This document shows, piece by piece, positions 1 to 6,668 of a stretch of DNA of 20,903 bases. The first letter of the stretch is position 1. Every line of letters begins with the position of its first letter. The notes beneath the pieces were generated by a model. It made no database searches and was not told the origin of the DNA. It saw nothing but the letters and a program-made list of their open reading frames with translations. Location: contig PWLL01000111.1 in the NCBI GenBank assembly GCA_003559395.1, forward strand, positions 1 through 20,903, given 5' to 3'. This DNA comes from Candidatus Iainarchaeum sp. GTDB taxonomy: Archaea > Iainarchaeota > Iainarchaeia > Iainarchaeales > CSSED10-239. Made by a program: the position numbers and the translations under genes.

Positions 1-9
1 ATGGTTTTG

Positions 10-31
10 TTTGTCGGAATAAAACGACAAA
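10..31 (-). terminator. Hairpin just downstream of the PCNA stop codon (TTTGTCG-8 nt-CGACAAA)
   Basis: Perfect 7-bp inverted repeat, 10-16 pairing with 25-31, with an 8-nt loop. It lies 8 nt past the minus-strand stop at 39-41. It sits at the window edge, so flanking T-runs cannot be judged. Confidence 0.3.
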
Positions 32-38
32 TCGTTTC

Positions 39-788
39 TTACTCACTATCTACTCTTGGTGCTAAATAATATCTGATTGCTGAACTTCCAATAGTGTAGC
101 TTATCTCAACAGGCATATCTTCTTTTAGTTTTAAAGTGATTTCTCCTTTTGAGTTTTTGATCATGTTTTGTAGATAGTCTAAAGGATACATGGCTTTTGC
201 CTTTGTTCCTGAAATAACAATATTTTCTGATTCAATTTCTTGTTTAAAGTGTCCTTTACTGCTTTGTGTGCTTAATATAAATTTGTTATTTTCAACAATA
301 AACATAAGATATGAACTAAACAATCCTGCATCTTTTATTCCTGCATTTAGTTGTTCTGCACTTATTTGTACAGTTACGTCATATTGAATCTGTGGTAAAG
401 GATGTTGTTGATCAGAAACATCGATTAAAGGAATTACAAACGTTCTTTTAGATTTCCCTAATAGCTGAATATGTAGTGTCGGTTTTTCTTCTTGTATTTC
501 TAAAGAAAGTTTATCTTCTGTGTTTGAGTGTGCTAGTATTTGTAAAAGATTACTAATATTTATTCCAAATGAGATCTTTTCTTCTGGATTTTTATCAAAA
601 TCAACAATAAATTCTTCAAAAGCATCTTTTGGCATAACAAAGTCAACTAAACTTACTTGACTTGCATCTGTTGCTCTTAAATAAAATTTTTCTTTATCGA
701 TAGTAAATAATCCTTCGTTTATTAAGACACCAATAGCATCTATACTTTTATAAAATTCTTTTACTTCTTTTATTACTAATTTAATCAT
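39..788 (-). CDS. pcn: DNA polymerase sliding clamp (archaeal PCNA)
   Basis: The ORF is 39..821. I start it at the ATG at 788 (MIKLVIKEVKEF...) because GGGGGAGAAAAA (SD-like) lies immediately upstream on the minus strand. It is about 249 aa, and the C-terminal ...RYYLAPRVDSE matches the archaeal PCNA ending (LAPR[IV]E). Overall length and pattern are typical of a two-domain clamp. Confidence 0.85.
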   Translation of the reverse strand: MIKLVIKEVKEFYKSIDAIGVLINEGLFTIDKEKFYLRATDASQVSLVDFVMPKDAFEEFIVDFDKNPEEKISFGINISNLLQILAHSNTEDKLSLEIQEEKPTLHIQLLGKSKRTFVIPLIDVSDQQHPLPQIQYDVTVQISAEQLNAGIKDAGLFSSYLMFIVENNKFILSTQSSKGHFKQEIESENIVISGTKAKAMYPLDYLQNMIKNSKGEITLKLKEDMPVEISYTIGSSAIRYYLAPRVDSE

Positions 789-801
789 TTTTTCTCCCCC
801 T

Positions 802-1503
802 TCAACTATTAAAAAAACCAAGTTTTATATAACCAAGATAAGGTATTCTGCTAATTATTTTTCCTTTTAGTGTATTTATTGGGGTTGGATATTTATTTAA
901 ACAGTTGTTTTTTGCAATTCCGTCAATAATATTACAATCTTGGTCAATTAATCTATTTGTTTTATCATTATCTCCTTTTGTCAAAACATATTCTCCATCT
1001 TTCGCAGATAGATGTACGACAAGTCTATGAACAATATCTTTGTTTTTTGTATTTGAGGTATAAACTACAATATCATTTTCTATTATATCGTCCATATATA
1101 TTATGGTATCTTCTATTTTTATAGATTTTGTTTTTTCTAAACCATGTTCGTTTTCTTCATAAGTTATTTCTGCAATTTCTTTTAGATCTTTGTTGGCTAT
1201 TGCTTTATTTATTTCTATAGTTTTTGTTTCTAAATTATTGGCTCTTGTTATGATTACAACGTCTCCTCTTGAAAGATTAGGTTCCATAGAATGACTCACA
1301 ACAACTGCAAGAGGCATATTCACACCTAATATAAAGCCTAACAACATATAAATAAGATATGCACATAAAAAAGCAAACAGAATATAGGCTATCCAATAAA
1401 CAATCTTTATAGAAAAGCTTTTAGGTTCTCCAAAGATTTTAAGAAGAAGTAAATCAAGATAAGTAAATGGATCTAGCCATTTTGCTTTTTTTTTAAAACT
1501 CAT
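802..1503 (-). CDS. Signal peptidase I, archaeal/eukaryal Sec11 type (S26B)
   Basis: There is an N-terminal TM segment, then the Ser box VVSHSMEPNL..GD, the His box IVHRLV and TKGDNDKTNRLIDQD (GDNN..D-like box). About 60 aa are inserted between the Ser and His boxes. The start ATG overlaps the rpoL stop as ATGA (1500-1503). Confidence 0.8.
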   Translation of the reverse strand: MSFKKKAKWLDPFTYLDLLLLKIFGEPKSFSIKIVYWIAYILFAFLCAYLIYMLLGFILGVNMPLAVVVSHSMEPNLSRGDVVIITRANNLETKTIEINKAIANKDLKEIAEITYEENEHGLEKTKSIKIEDTIIYMDDIIENDIVVYTSNTKNKDIVHRLVVHLSAKDGEYVLTKGDNDKTNRLIDQDCNIIDGIAKNNCLNKYPTPINTLKGKIISRIPYLGYIKLGFFNS

Positions 1504-1787
1504 TTATCATTCTTTTTTACTGCTCTTTCTAAGTTGTTTAAAAAAACATTTATTTTTTCTTCTGCTTCGTTAATACATTCTATAAGGATATCTTTGGCTG
1601 GTTTTTCTTTTGTTTTTAAAAATATGTTATATTCTTTTTTTAATCTATTATCTTGTTTTTTAGAAACAAAATCAACATCTCTTTTTGAGCTTGCAATATC
1701 TATAATAAGATTAAATATACCCATATCTTCGTCTTTTACTAATAACTCAACTTCATTTTTTTCTTTTTTTATATAATTTATATCCAT
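1500..1787 (-). CDS. rpoL: DNA-directed RNA polymerase subunit L (Rpo11), divergent
   Basis: It is 95 aa. The pattern ...EVELLVKDEDMGIFNLI... aligns with the archaeal RpoL core (E-x-EDHTLGNLL) but with substitutions. It sits next to csl4, as in many archaeal genomes. Confidence 0.55.
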   Translation of the reverse strand: MDINYIKKEKNEVELLVKDEDMGIFNLIIDIASSKRDVDFVSKKQDNRLKKEYNIFLKTKEKPAKDILIECINEAEEKINVFLNNLERAVKKNDK

Positions 1788-1790
1788 GAG

Positions 1791-2219
1791 TTAATCACCA
1801 ATTACAAATTTTTTAGTTTGAATTTTTCCACAGTTAAAGCATCTTATTTGTGCTGTTCCGTTGTTTTTAAGTTCTTGTTTACATTGCGTACAATGTCCTT
1901 TGATAACTCCTAGGTTATCTTCTGCAGTCGTAAGCTTATATTCAAAAGGAGTAATTTCTATTATTTTTGCTTTAACAACATCTCCTTTTTTAAAAAAATC
2001 GTCAATATTTTTTACATAATCTCTAGATACGTTTCTTATAAACACGATTCCGCTATCTGCAGGTGATAAAACTTTGTTATCTTCTGCATAGTCTAAAGCA
2101 ATGATTATCATTTTCTCTTTAACAGCAATTATTTTTCCATAAACAACATCTCCGACATCTACGGGTTTTTTTTGTTTTATATTACTTAGAATTGTTTGTA
2201 TTTCGTTCAAATATCTCAC
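1791..2219 (-). CDS. csl4: Exosome complex RNA-binding protein Csl4 (S1 domain plus C-terminal zinc ribbon)
   Basis: It has an S1-like segment GDVVYGKIIAVKEKMIIIAL...GDVVKAKII, followed by LGVIKGHCTQCKQEL...IRCFNCGK (CxxC...CxxC zinc ribbon). The start is GTG at 2219 and there is no in-frame ATG near the N-terminus. It is shorter (142 aa) than typical Csl4. Confidence 0.6.
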   Translation of the reverse strand: MRYLNEIQTILSNIKQKKPVDVGDVVYGKIIAVKEKMIIIALDYAEDNKVLSPADSGIVFIRNVSRDYVKNIDDFFKKGDVVKAKIIEITPFEYKLTTAEDNLGVIKGHCTQCKQELKNNGTAQIRCFNCGKIQTKKFVIGD

Positions 2220-2391
2220 TTTTTTCTTTTTTTTCTAATATTTTTATTTTTTTTAAAAAACAGTTCTATTAGACAATATAATATATAGTAGAGAAACCTT
2301 TTTATAATGATTTTTGCTATTGTTTGTAATCAGTTCTTTTTATATTTGTTTTTGTTGTTAATATATATAGTACTTGGAGAATATATTAAAT

Positions 2392-3498
2392 ATGATTTTT
2401 GGATTTTTGTTTAGTACATCAAAGTTATACAACAAACCACATTTGTTATTTTTTGAAGCAATATTTTTAACAGTCGTGTCTGTTCTTTTATCTTTATTTA
2501 TTTTCCCAAACGATATTTTAAGTTTTGGAATTTTAATGTTTTTAACAGTGGGTGCGATTCCAATTTTCACAAAATTATTTTCATACAACTCATATCTTTC
2601 TAATTATCAAAAATCTTTTTTTAAAAGACATGCTTCATTATTAACGGCGCTAGGTTATTTTTTCTTAGGTGTTTTTGTTTCGTATGTTGTTTTTTTCTTT
2701 ATTTTTTCTTTAAATTATAATCTAGAAACATATTCTGTAGATGATCAAATAAACGTTACCACAGGAACAATTGATTTTTATCTAGAGATTTCTGAAATTA
2801 ACGAAAGAGATGTTGTTGTTGTCTTATATCAAAACAATCGAGCAATAAGGCAAGGAAGGTTTTATAGAGGCCAATATATTGATTTTAGAGGATATGATTT
2901 TAATAAGACTTTTTTAATAACAGAGATAAACGAAAAAGTAACTTTAAGTCAAGGAAGCGGTTTAAGAGAAAACATTTTTTTTGTACAATTAAAAGAAAGA
3001 GCAGGAATTGATAGTGTTAGAACAAGTTTAACAGGTCAAATAATTGGCACTCATAAAGGCACTAGTTTTAATGATGCTTTCTCTCTAATTTTTAAAAATA
3101 ATTTTAATGTTGTTGTTAAGGCTTTGTTAATGTCTTTTTTTTATGGAGCAGGTGCTTTGTTTTTGATATCTTGGAATGCTTCGGTTCTTGCAAGCGTTGT
3201 AGCTTTAGATATCTTTGTTTCTATGGCACCTTTAGTTTCTGAAGGTTTTAAAGGTTTTTTAATAGGTGTTTTCCATTCTCTTTATTTGTTTGTTGGTTAT
3301 TTGCCACATGGTCTTCCTGAGTTATTATCTTATTTTCTTGTAAGTTTTGCTGGTGCTTTATTAGCAAGAGATCTTTTTAAGGGCTTATTTGCAACAGAGT
3401 TTAAATGGCAGATAATAAAAGATTTAAGTCTTATTTTCTTTTTTGCTTTGTTGTTATTGTTTATTGGTGCACTTATTGAAGCCAGTTATTTTATTTAG
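2392..3498 (+). CDS. SpoIIM/DUF95-family integral membrane protein with a large soluble insertion
   Basis: The ORF track starts at TTG 2374 and the first ATG is at 2392. It has multiple hydrophobic helices, and the family signature ...YLPHGLPELLSYFLVSFAGALLA (PHGxxE) lies near the C-terminus. About 130 non-hydrophobic residues (about aa 115-240) are inserted between TM blocks. Confidence 0.55.
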   Translation: MIFGFLFSTSKLYNKPHLLFFEAIFLTVVSVLLSLFIFPNDILSFGILMFLTVGAIPIFTKLFSYNSYLSNYQKSFFKRHASLLTALGYFFLGVFVSYVVFFFIFSLNYNLETYSVDDQINVTTGTIDFYLEISEINERDVVVVLYQNNRAIRQGRFYRGQYIDFRGYDFNKTFLITEINEKVTLSQGSGLRENIFFVQLKERAGIDSVRTSLTGQIIGTHKGTSFNDAFSLIFKNNFNVVVKALLMSFFYGAGALFLISWNASVLASVVALDIFVSMAPLVSEGFKGFLIGVFHSLYLFVGYLPHGLPELLSYFLVSFAGALLARDLFKGLFATEFKWQIIKDLSLIFFFALLLLFIGALIEASYFI

Positions 3499-3502
3499 TT
3501 TT

Positions 3503-3574
3503 GCTTCTGTAGCTCAGTGGTAGAGCACAACACTCGTAATGTTGGGGTCGCGGGTTCGATTCTCGCCAGAAGCT
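3503..3574 (+). tRNA. tRNA-Thr (anticodon CGU)
   Basis: Hand-folded cloverleaf. The acceptor GCTTCTG pairs with CAGAAGC (3567-3573). The D-arm is GCTC-AGTGGTA-GAGC. The anticodon arm is CAACA-CTCGTAA-TGTTG, giving anticodon CGT. The T-arm is GCGGG-TTCGATT-CTCGC. There is no intron and no encoded CCA. It is the most GC-rich patch in the window. Confidence 0.9.
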
Positions 3575-3605
3575 TGCGTCTATTAAAAGAAACTAATTTA
3601 ATATA

Positions 3606-3632
3606 ATTGCGATTAGTAACCGCAATCTTTTT
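3606..3632 (+). terminator. Hairpin plus T-run downstream of the tRNA (ATTGCG-9 nt-CGCAAT-CTTTTT)
   Basis: A 6-bp perfect stem (3606-3611 with 3621-3626) is followed by five T (3628-3632). Oligo-T is the known archaeal termination signal. Confidence 0.3.
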
Positions 3633-3657
3633 AAATTAATTGTATCTTATATATAAT

Positions 3658-4812
3658 ATGGAAGAATTATTTTATGAGTTTAATCCTTGGTGGGAAGAAA
3701 AATATAATTTAATAGGAATTAAAAGAGATAAATATCTATCTTTTCTAAAAAATAATTTAAAAAATAAAGATATAATACTATTAACTGGACTTAGAAGAGT
3801 AGGAAAATCAACTTTAATTAAACAATTTATATTTTCTTTAATTAATGAATATGATATAACCCCTAGAAAAATATGTTATTTATCATTAGATGCTTTTTCT
3901 TTTAAAGAAAAGTCTATTTTTGATTTAGTAAGAGAATTTAGAAAAATAAATAATTTAAAAATAAATGATAAAATCTATTTATTTTTTGATGAAGTAACAT
4001 ATAAAGATTCATTTAAAGAAGAATTAAAAAATCTATATGACTTAGGTAATACAAAAGTTTTTGTAACATCCTCATCAGCAAGTAAATTAATAGATAAAAA
4101 AGCTTTACTTACAGGAAGAAGTAGAAGCTTAGAAGTAGAACCACTAGATTTTCAAGAATTTTTATTATTTAGAGACTATAATTTTAAAAAATCTGAAAAA
4201 TATCTTTTAGAAAAATATTTTGAAGAATATATGGAATATGGTGGAATGCCTGAATATGTTTTAATAAAAGATCCAGAATATATTATAAATTTAACAAGAA
4301 ATATTATATATAAAGATATAATTGCAAAATATAATTTAAGAGATAATAGTGCAGTAGAAGATTTATTTAGATTGTTATGTGAAAGAGTTGGAAAACCAAT
4401 GTCTTATAATAAATTAGCTAAAATATTAGATATAGGAAAAGATAGTGTTAAAAGTTATATTAGTTATTTTAAAGAATCCTATTTATTTTATATAATAGAA
4501 AAGGATGCTAAGAGTTTAAATGAAAGAATAGTTGATAATAAGAAAGTATATTGTGCTGATATTGGAATAAAAAATGTAGTTACTGGTTTTAGAGATAAAG
4601 GTTCAATTTATGAAAATTTAGTTTTTTTAAAAATTAAAAAAGAAAATCCAAGATTTATTAAAAAAGATGGAATTGAGATTGATTTTAAATATAAAGATAC
4701 AGTTATTGAAGCAAAATATAATATAGAAATTAAAGACAAACAAAAAGAATTATTTAATTCTTTAAAAGTTAAAAATAAAATTATTGCGAATGGTGTAGAT
4801 TTTTTTATTTAA
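3658..4812 (+). CDS. AAA+ ATPase of the AAA_14/DUF4143 type with a PD-(D/E)xK-like C-terminal domain
   Basis: The ORF track starts at TTG 3640 and the first ATG is at 3658 (MEELFYEFNPWW...). Walker A is LTGLRRVGKST and Walker B is IYLFFDEVTY. The C-terminus ...GSIYENLVFLKI...GIEIDFKYKDTVIEAKYN resembles the E-x-D-F...I-E-x-K nuclease-like motif of DUF4143 proteins. Confidence 0.8.
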   Translation: MEELFYEFNPWWEEKYNLIGIKRDKYLSFLKNNLKNKDIILLTGLRRVGKSTLIKQFIFSLINEYDITPRKICYLSLDAFSFKEKSIFDLVREFRKINNLKINDKIYLFFDEVTYKDSFKEELKNLYDLGNTKVFVTSSSASKLIDKKALLTGRSRSLEVEPLDFQEFLLFRDYNFKKSEKYLLEKYFEEYMEYGGMPEYVLIKDPEYIINLTRNIIYKDIIAKYNLRDNSAVEDLFRLLCERVGKPMSYNKLAKILDIGKDSVKSYISYFKESYLFYIIEKDAKSLNERIVDNKKVYCADIGIKNVVTGFRDKGSIYENLVFLKIKKENPRFIKKDGIEIDFKYKDTVIEAKYNIEIKDKQKELFNSLKVKNKIIANGVDFFI

Positions 4813-4880
4813 AAGGAGCGCTTTTAACTTTTGGTTCAACACAATCGGTTTCGCTCGATTGATGTGCAATAGTTTGATAA

Positions 4881-4899
4881 GTTAAATTCCCGCCAGAAG
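4881..4899 (+). repeat. Degenerate direct copy of the 3' end of tRNA-Thr (att-like scar)
   Basis: GTTAAATTCCCGCCAGAAG (4881-4899) compared with GTTCGATTCTCGCCAGAAG (3554-3572) gives 16/19 identities. It is in the same orientation, 1.3 kb downstream, and includes the GC-rich run CGCCAGAAG, which is otherwise unusual in this AT-rich window. Confidence 0.5.
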
Positions 4900-5017
4900 T
4901 AAAATATTTTTTACCTTGTTTTTATTAAGAAAAATGTATTTGAAATTTGACTAACAAGGTGTTTTGTGAAAGTATATGACTAAAACAGTAATTCTGAATG
5001 TAACTGCAAACAGAGGT

Positions 5018-6346
5018 TTAGGTTTTATATTTCTTAATAATTTTTTTAATATCTTTTTCTTTTTCAAGCATTTGCTTTTTAGTTGTTGCTTCTAGATTAA
5101 GTCTTAGTAAGTTTTCTGTGTTGCTTGGTCTTAAGTTAAACCACCAGTCTTTAAACTCTATTTTGATGCCATCTTTTTTATTTATTTTCCCAAAAGAGTA
5201 TTTTTTTTCTATATTATCAAGAATCTTTTTAGGTTTTTTTACTTTAAAGTTTATTTCTTTTGTTTTATAATATTTTCTAAAAGGGTCTATTAGTTTTGAT
5301 AGTTTATGATCATCAAGTTCGTTCATTATTAAAAGACAAGCATATATAGGATTTTCACAATTATAAAACTCAGAAAAAAAATAATGCCCACTTACTTCTC
5401 CAGCAAAAACAATATCTGTTTTGTACATTTTGTTTTTTATAAAAGCATGTCCTATTTTATATTCTATTGGTTTTCCTTTATTTTTTAGAATTGTTTCTTT
5501 AACAATTTTACTACTTCTTAGATCATATAGTATTTTTGAGTTTGGTTTTTTATTAAGAACAATTTTTGTAAGAAAGGCAGTCATAATATCCATTGGAATT
5601 ATTCTGCCTTTTTCATCAACAAACCCAACTCTATCACAATCTCCATCAAAAGCAACACCAAAATCTGCTTTTTTTTCTCTAACTTTCTTTTGAAGATCTT
5701 TAAGGGTTTGTGTTTTTAGTGGGTTTGCTAGATGATTTGGATAGGTCTGGTCTATTTTTTTATAAAGATATGTTGTATCAACATTAAGTTTAGAAAAAAC
5801 TTTTGAAACAGTCATATATCCCATCCCGTTTCCAGTATCAACCACAACTTTTTTTTTAATATTAAATTTTGCATATCTTGTAAGATCTAAGATATATTTG
5901 TCAAATATTGATTTTTTATAGATTTTTCCTTTATTTTTCTGAATATGTTTTTTATTAAGATTTTTTTTAATATTTTTGATTTCTGAATATTTAAGAGGCT
6001 TTGCTTCTTTTTTAGTTATTTTAAATCCATTATATCTAGAGTCATTATGCGAGGCAGTAATCATTATACCTGCATCTGCTTTTAGATTATATACTGAATA
6101 ATTAAACAAAGGGCTTGTAGAATAACCAACATCTATAACATCACAACCCATCTCACAAATGCCTTTTGTTAAAGCCTTAAACAAAGAATCAGAGGAAGTT
6201 CTTTTATCTCTACCAACAACTATTTTTTTAGATTTTGTTAAAAAAACAACGGCTTTTGCTATTTTGTAGGTTATTTCTTCGTTAATTTCTTTAGGATATA
6301 TTCCTCTTATATCGTATTTGTGAAAAATATCGTTAGGTTCGTTCAT
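5018..6346 (-). CDS. Phosphomannomutase/phosphoglucomutase (alpha-D-phosphohexomutase superfamily)
   Basis: All four family motifs are present: the phosphoserine loop ITASHNDSRYNGFK, the metal loop FDGDCDRVGF, the sugar loop GEVSGHYFF and the phosphate loop RPSNTE. Man-1-P versus Glc-1-P specificity cannot be read from the sequence. Confidence 0.9.
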   Translation of the reverse strand: MNEPNDIFHKYDIRGIYPKEINEEITYKIAKAVVFLTKSKKIVVGRDKRTSSDSLFKALTKGICEMGCDVIDVGYSTSPLFNYSVYNLKADAGIMITASHNDSRYNGFKITKKEAKPLKYSEIKNIKKNLNKKHIQKNKGKIYKKSIFDKYILDLTRYAKFNIKKKVVVDTGNGMGYMTVSKVFSKLNVDTTYLYKKIDQTYPNHLANPLKTQTLKDLQKKVREKKADFGVAFDGDCDRVGFVDEKGRIIPMDIMTAFLTKIVLNKKPNSKILYDLRSSKIVKETILKNKGKPIEYKIGHAFIKNKMYKTDIVFAGEVSGHYFFSEFYNCENPIYACLLIMNELDDHKLSKLIDPFRKYYKTKEINFKVKKPKKILDNIEKKYSFGKINKKDGIKIEFKDWWFNLRPSNTENLLRLNLEATTKKQMLEKEKDIKKIIKKYKT

Positions 6347-6665
6347 ATTTATCTTCTATTCTTATTTCATCTTTTTCATTAAAATTTCCAAAAGATATTT
6401 CAATAACTCTTATTTTTTTTTCTTTTGCTATGATTCTATGTTTTTGTTCTTTTTTAATTGTAAGATATGTTTCTTTTTTTACTTTTTTTTTAATATCTTC
6501 TATTTGAACAACAGCATCATCTAAAAAATACCAGTTTTCCTCTCTTTTTTTGTGTTTTTGCAAGCTTAAGCTTTCGTGTGGGTTTATTTCTAATAGTTTT
6601 ACAGTACATTTTTTATTTAAGGCAAAAGTTTTAAACAAACCCCATGGTCTTTTAGTAGTTTCCAT
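6333..6665 (-). CDS. Small cupin resembling the C-terminal domain of type II mannose-6-phosphate isomerase
   Basis: It is 110 aa. RPWGLFKTF...KLLEINPHESLSLQKHKKREENWYFL matches the RPWG...K.i.V.PG..LSlQ.H..R.EhW pattern of ManC-type PMI cupins. It overlaps the PMM start by 14 nt. Confidence 0.6.
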   Translation of the reverse strand: METTKRPWGLFKTFALNKKCTVKLLEINPHESLSLQKHKKREENWYFLDDAVVQIEDIKKKVKKETYLTIKKEQKHRIIAKEKKIRVIEISFGNFNEKDEIRIEDKYERT

Positions 6666-6668
6666 TAT

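Noticed and set aside
190-387. Other shadow ORFs: 190..387(+), 1534..1776(+), 2358..2588(-), 5421..5693(+), 11514..11735(+), 13910..14101(-), 14701..14973(-), 17354..17569(-), 17634..17837(+) and 19910..20164(+).
   Set aside because: For the same reason: each is embedded antisense in, or overlaps, a motif-supported gene, and each has hydrophobic low-complexity composition. ORF 2358..2588 additionally spans the promoter and 5' end of the SpoIIM-like gene.
789-821. N-terminal extensions in the ORF track: PCNA to 821, SpoIIM-like from TTG 2374, ATPase from TTG 3640, GH130 from TTG 9717, pelota from TTG 16582, eS17 from GTG 17896 and the small pilin from 20304.
   Set aside because: In each case an ATG a few codons downstream gives an N-terminus that matches the family consensus and/or is preceded by an SD-like sequence. 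The extensions add non-conserved residues. The choice of start remains uncertain.
3575-4880. Calling the tRNA-flanked islet an intact mobile element.
   Set aside because: No integrase, transposase or terminal inverted repeats are visible. The islet holds only one cargo gene, so I report it as a possible scar, not as a mobile_element feature.
4864-4899. Possibility that the tRNA-like 3' fragment is the 3' half of a split (trans-spliced) tRNA, as in Nanoarchaeum.
   Set aside because: The 17 nt preceding the acceptor strand (GATAA-GTTAAAT-TCCCG) cannot form a T-arm. No complementary 5' acceptor strand (CTTCTGG...) occurs nearby. It is better explained as a degenerate att-type repeat.
4913-4961. 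Inverted repeat ACCTTGTT ... AACAAGGT followed by GTTTT, as a terminator for the ATPase gene.
   Set aside because: The 33-nt AT-rich loop makes a stable hairpin unlikely, and it lies about 100 nt beyond the stop. I could not support a functional call.
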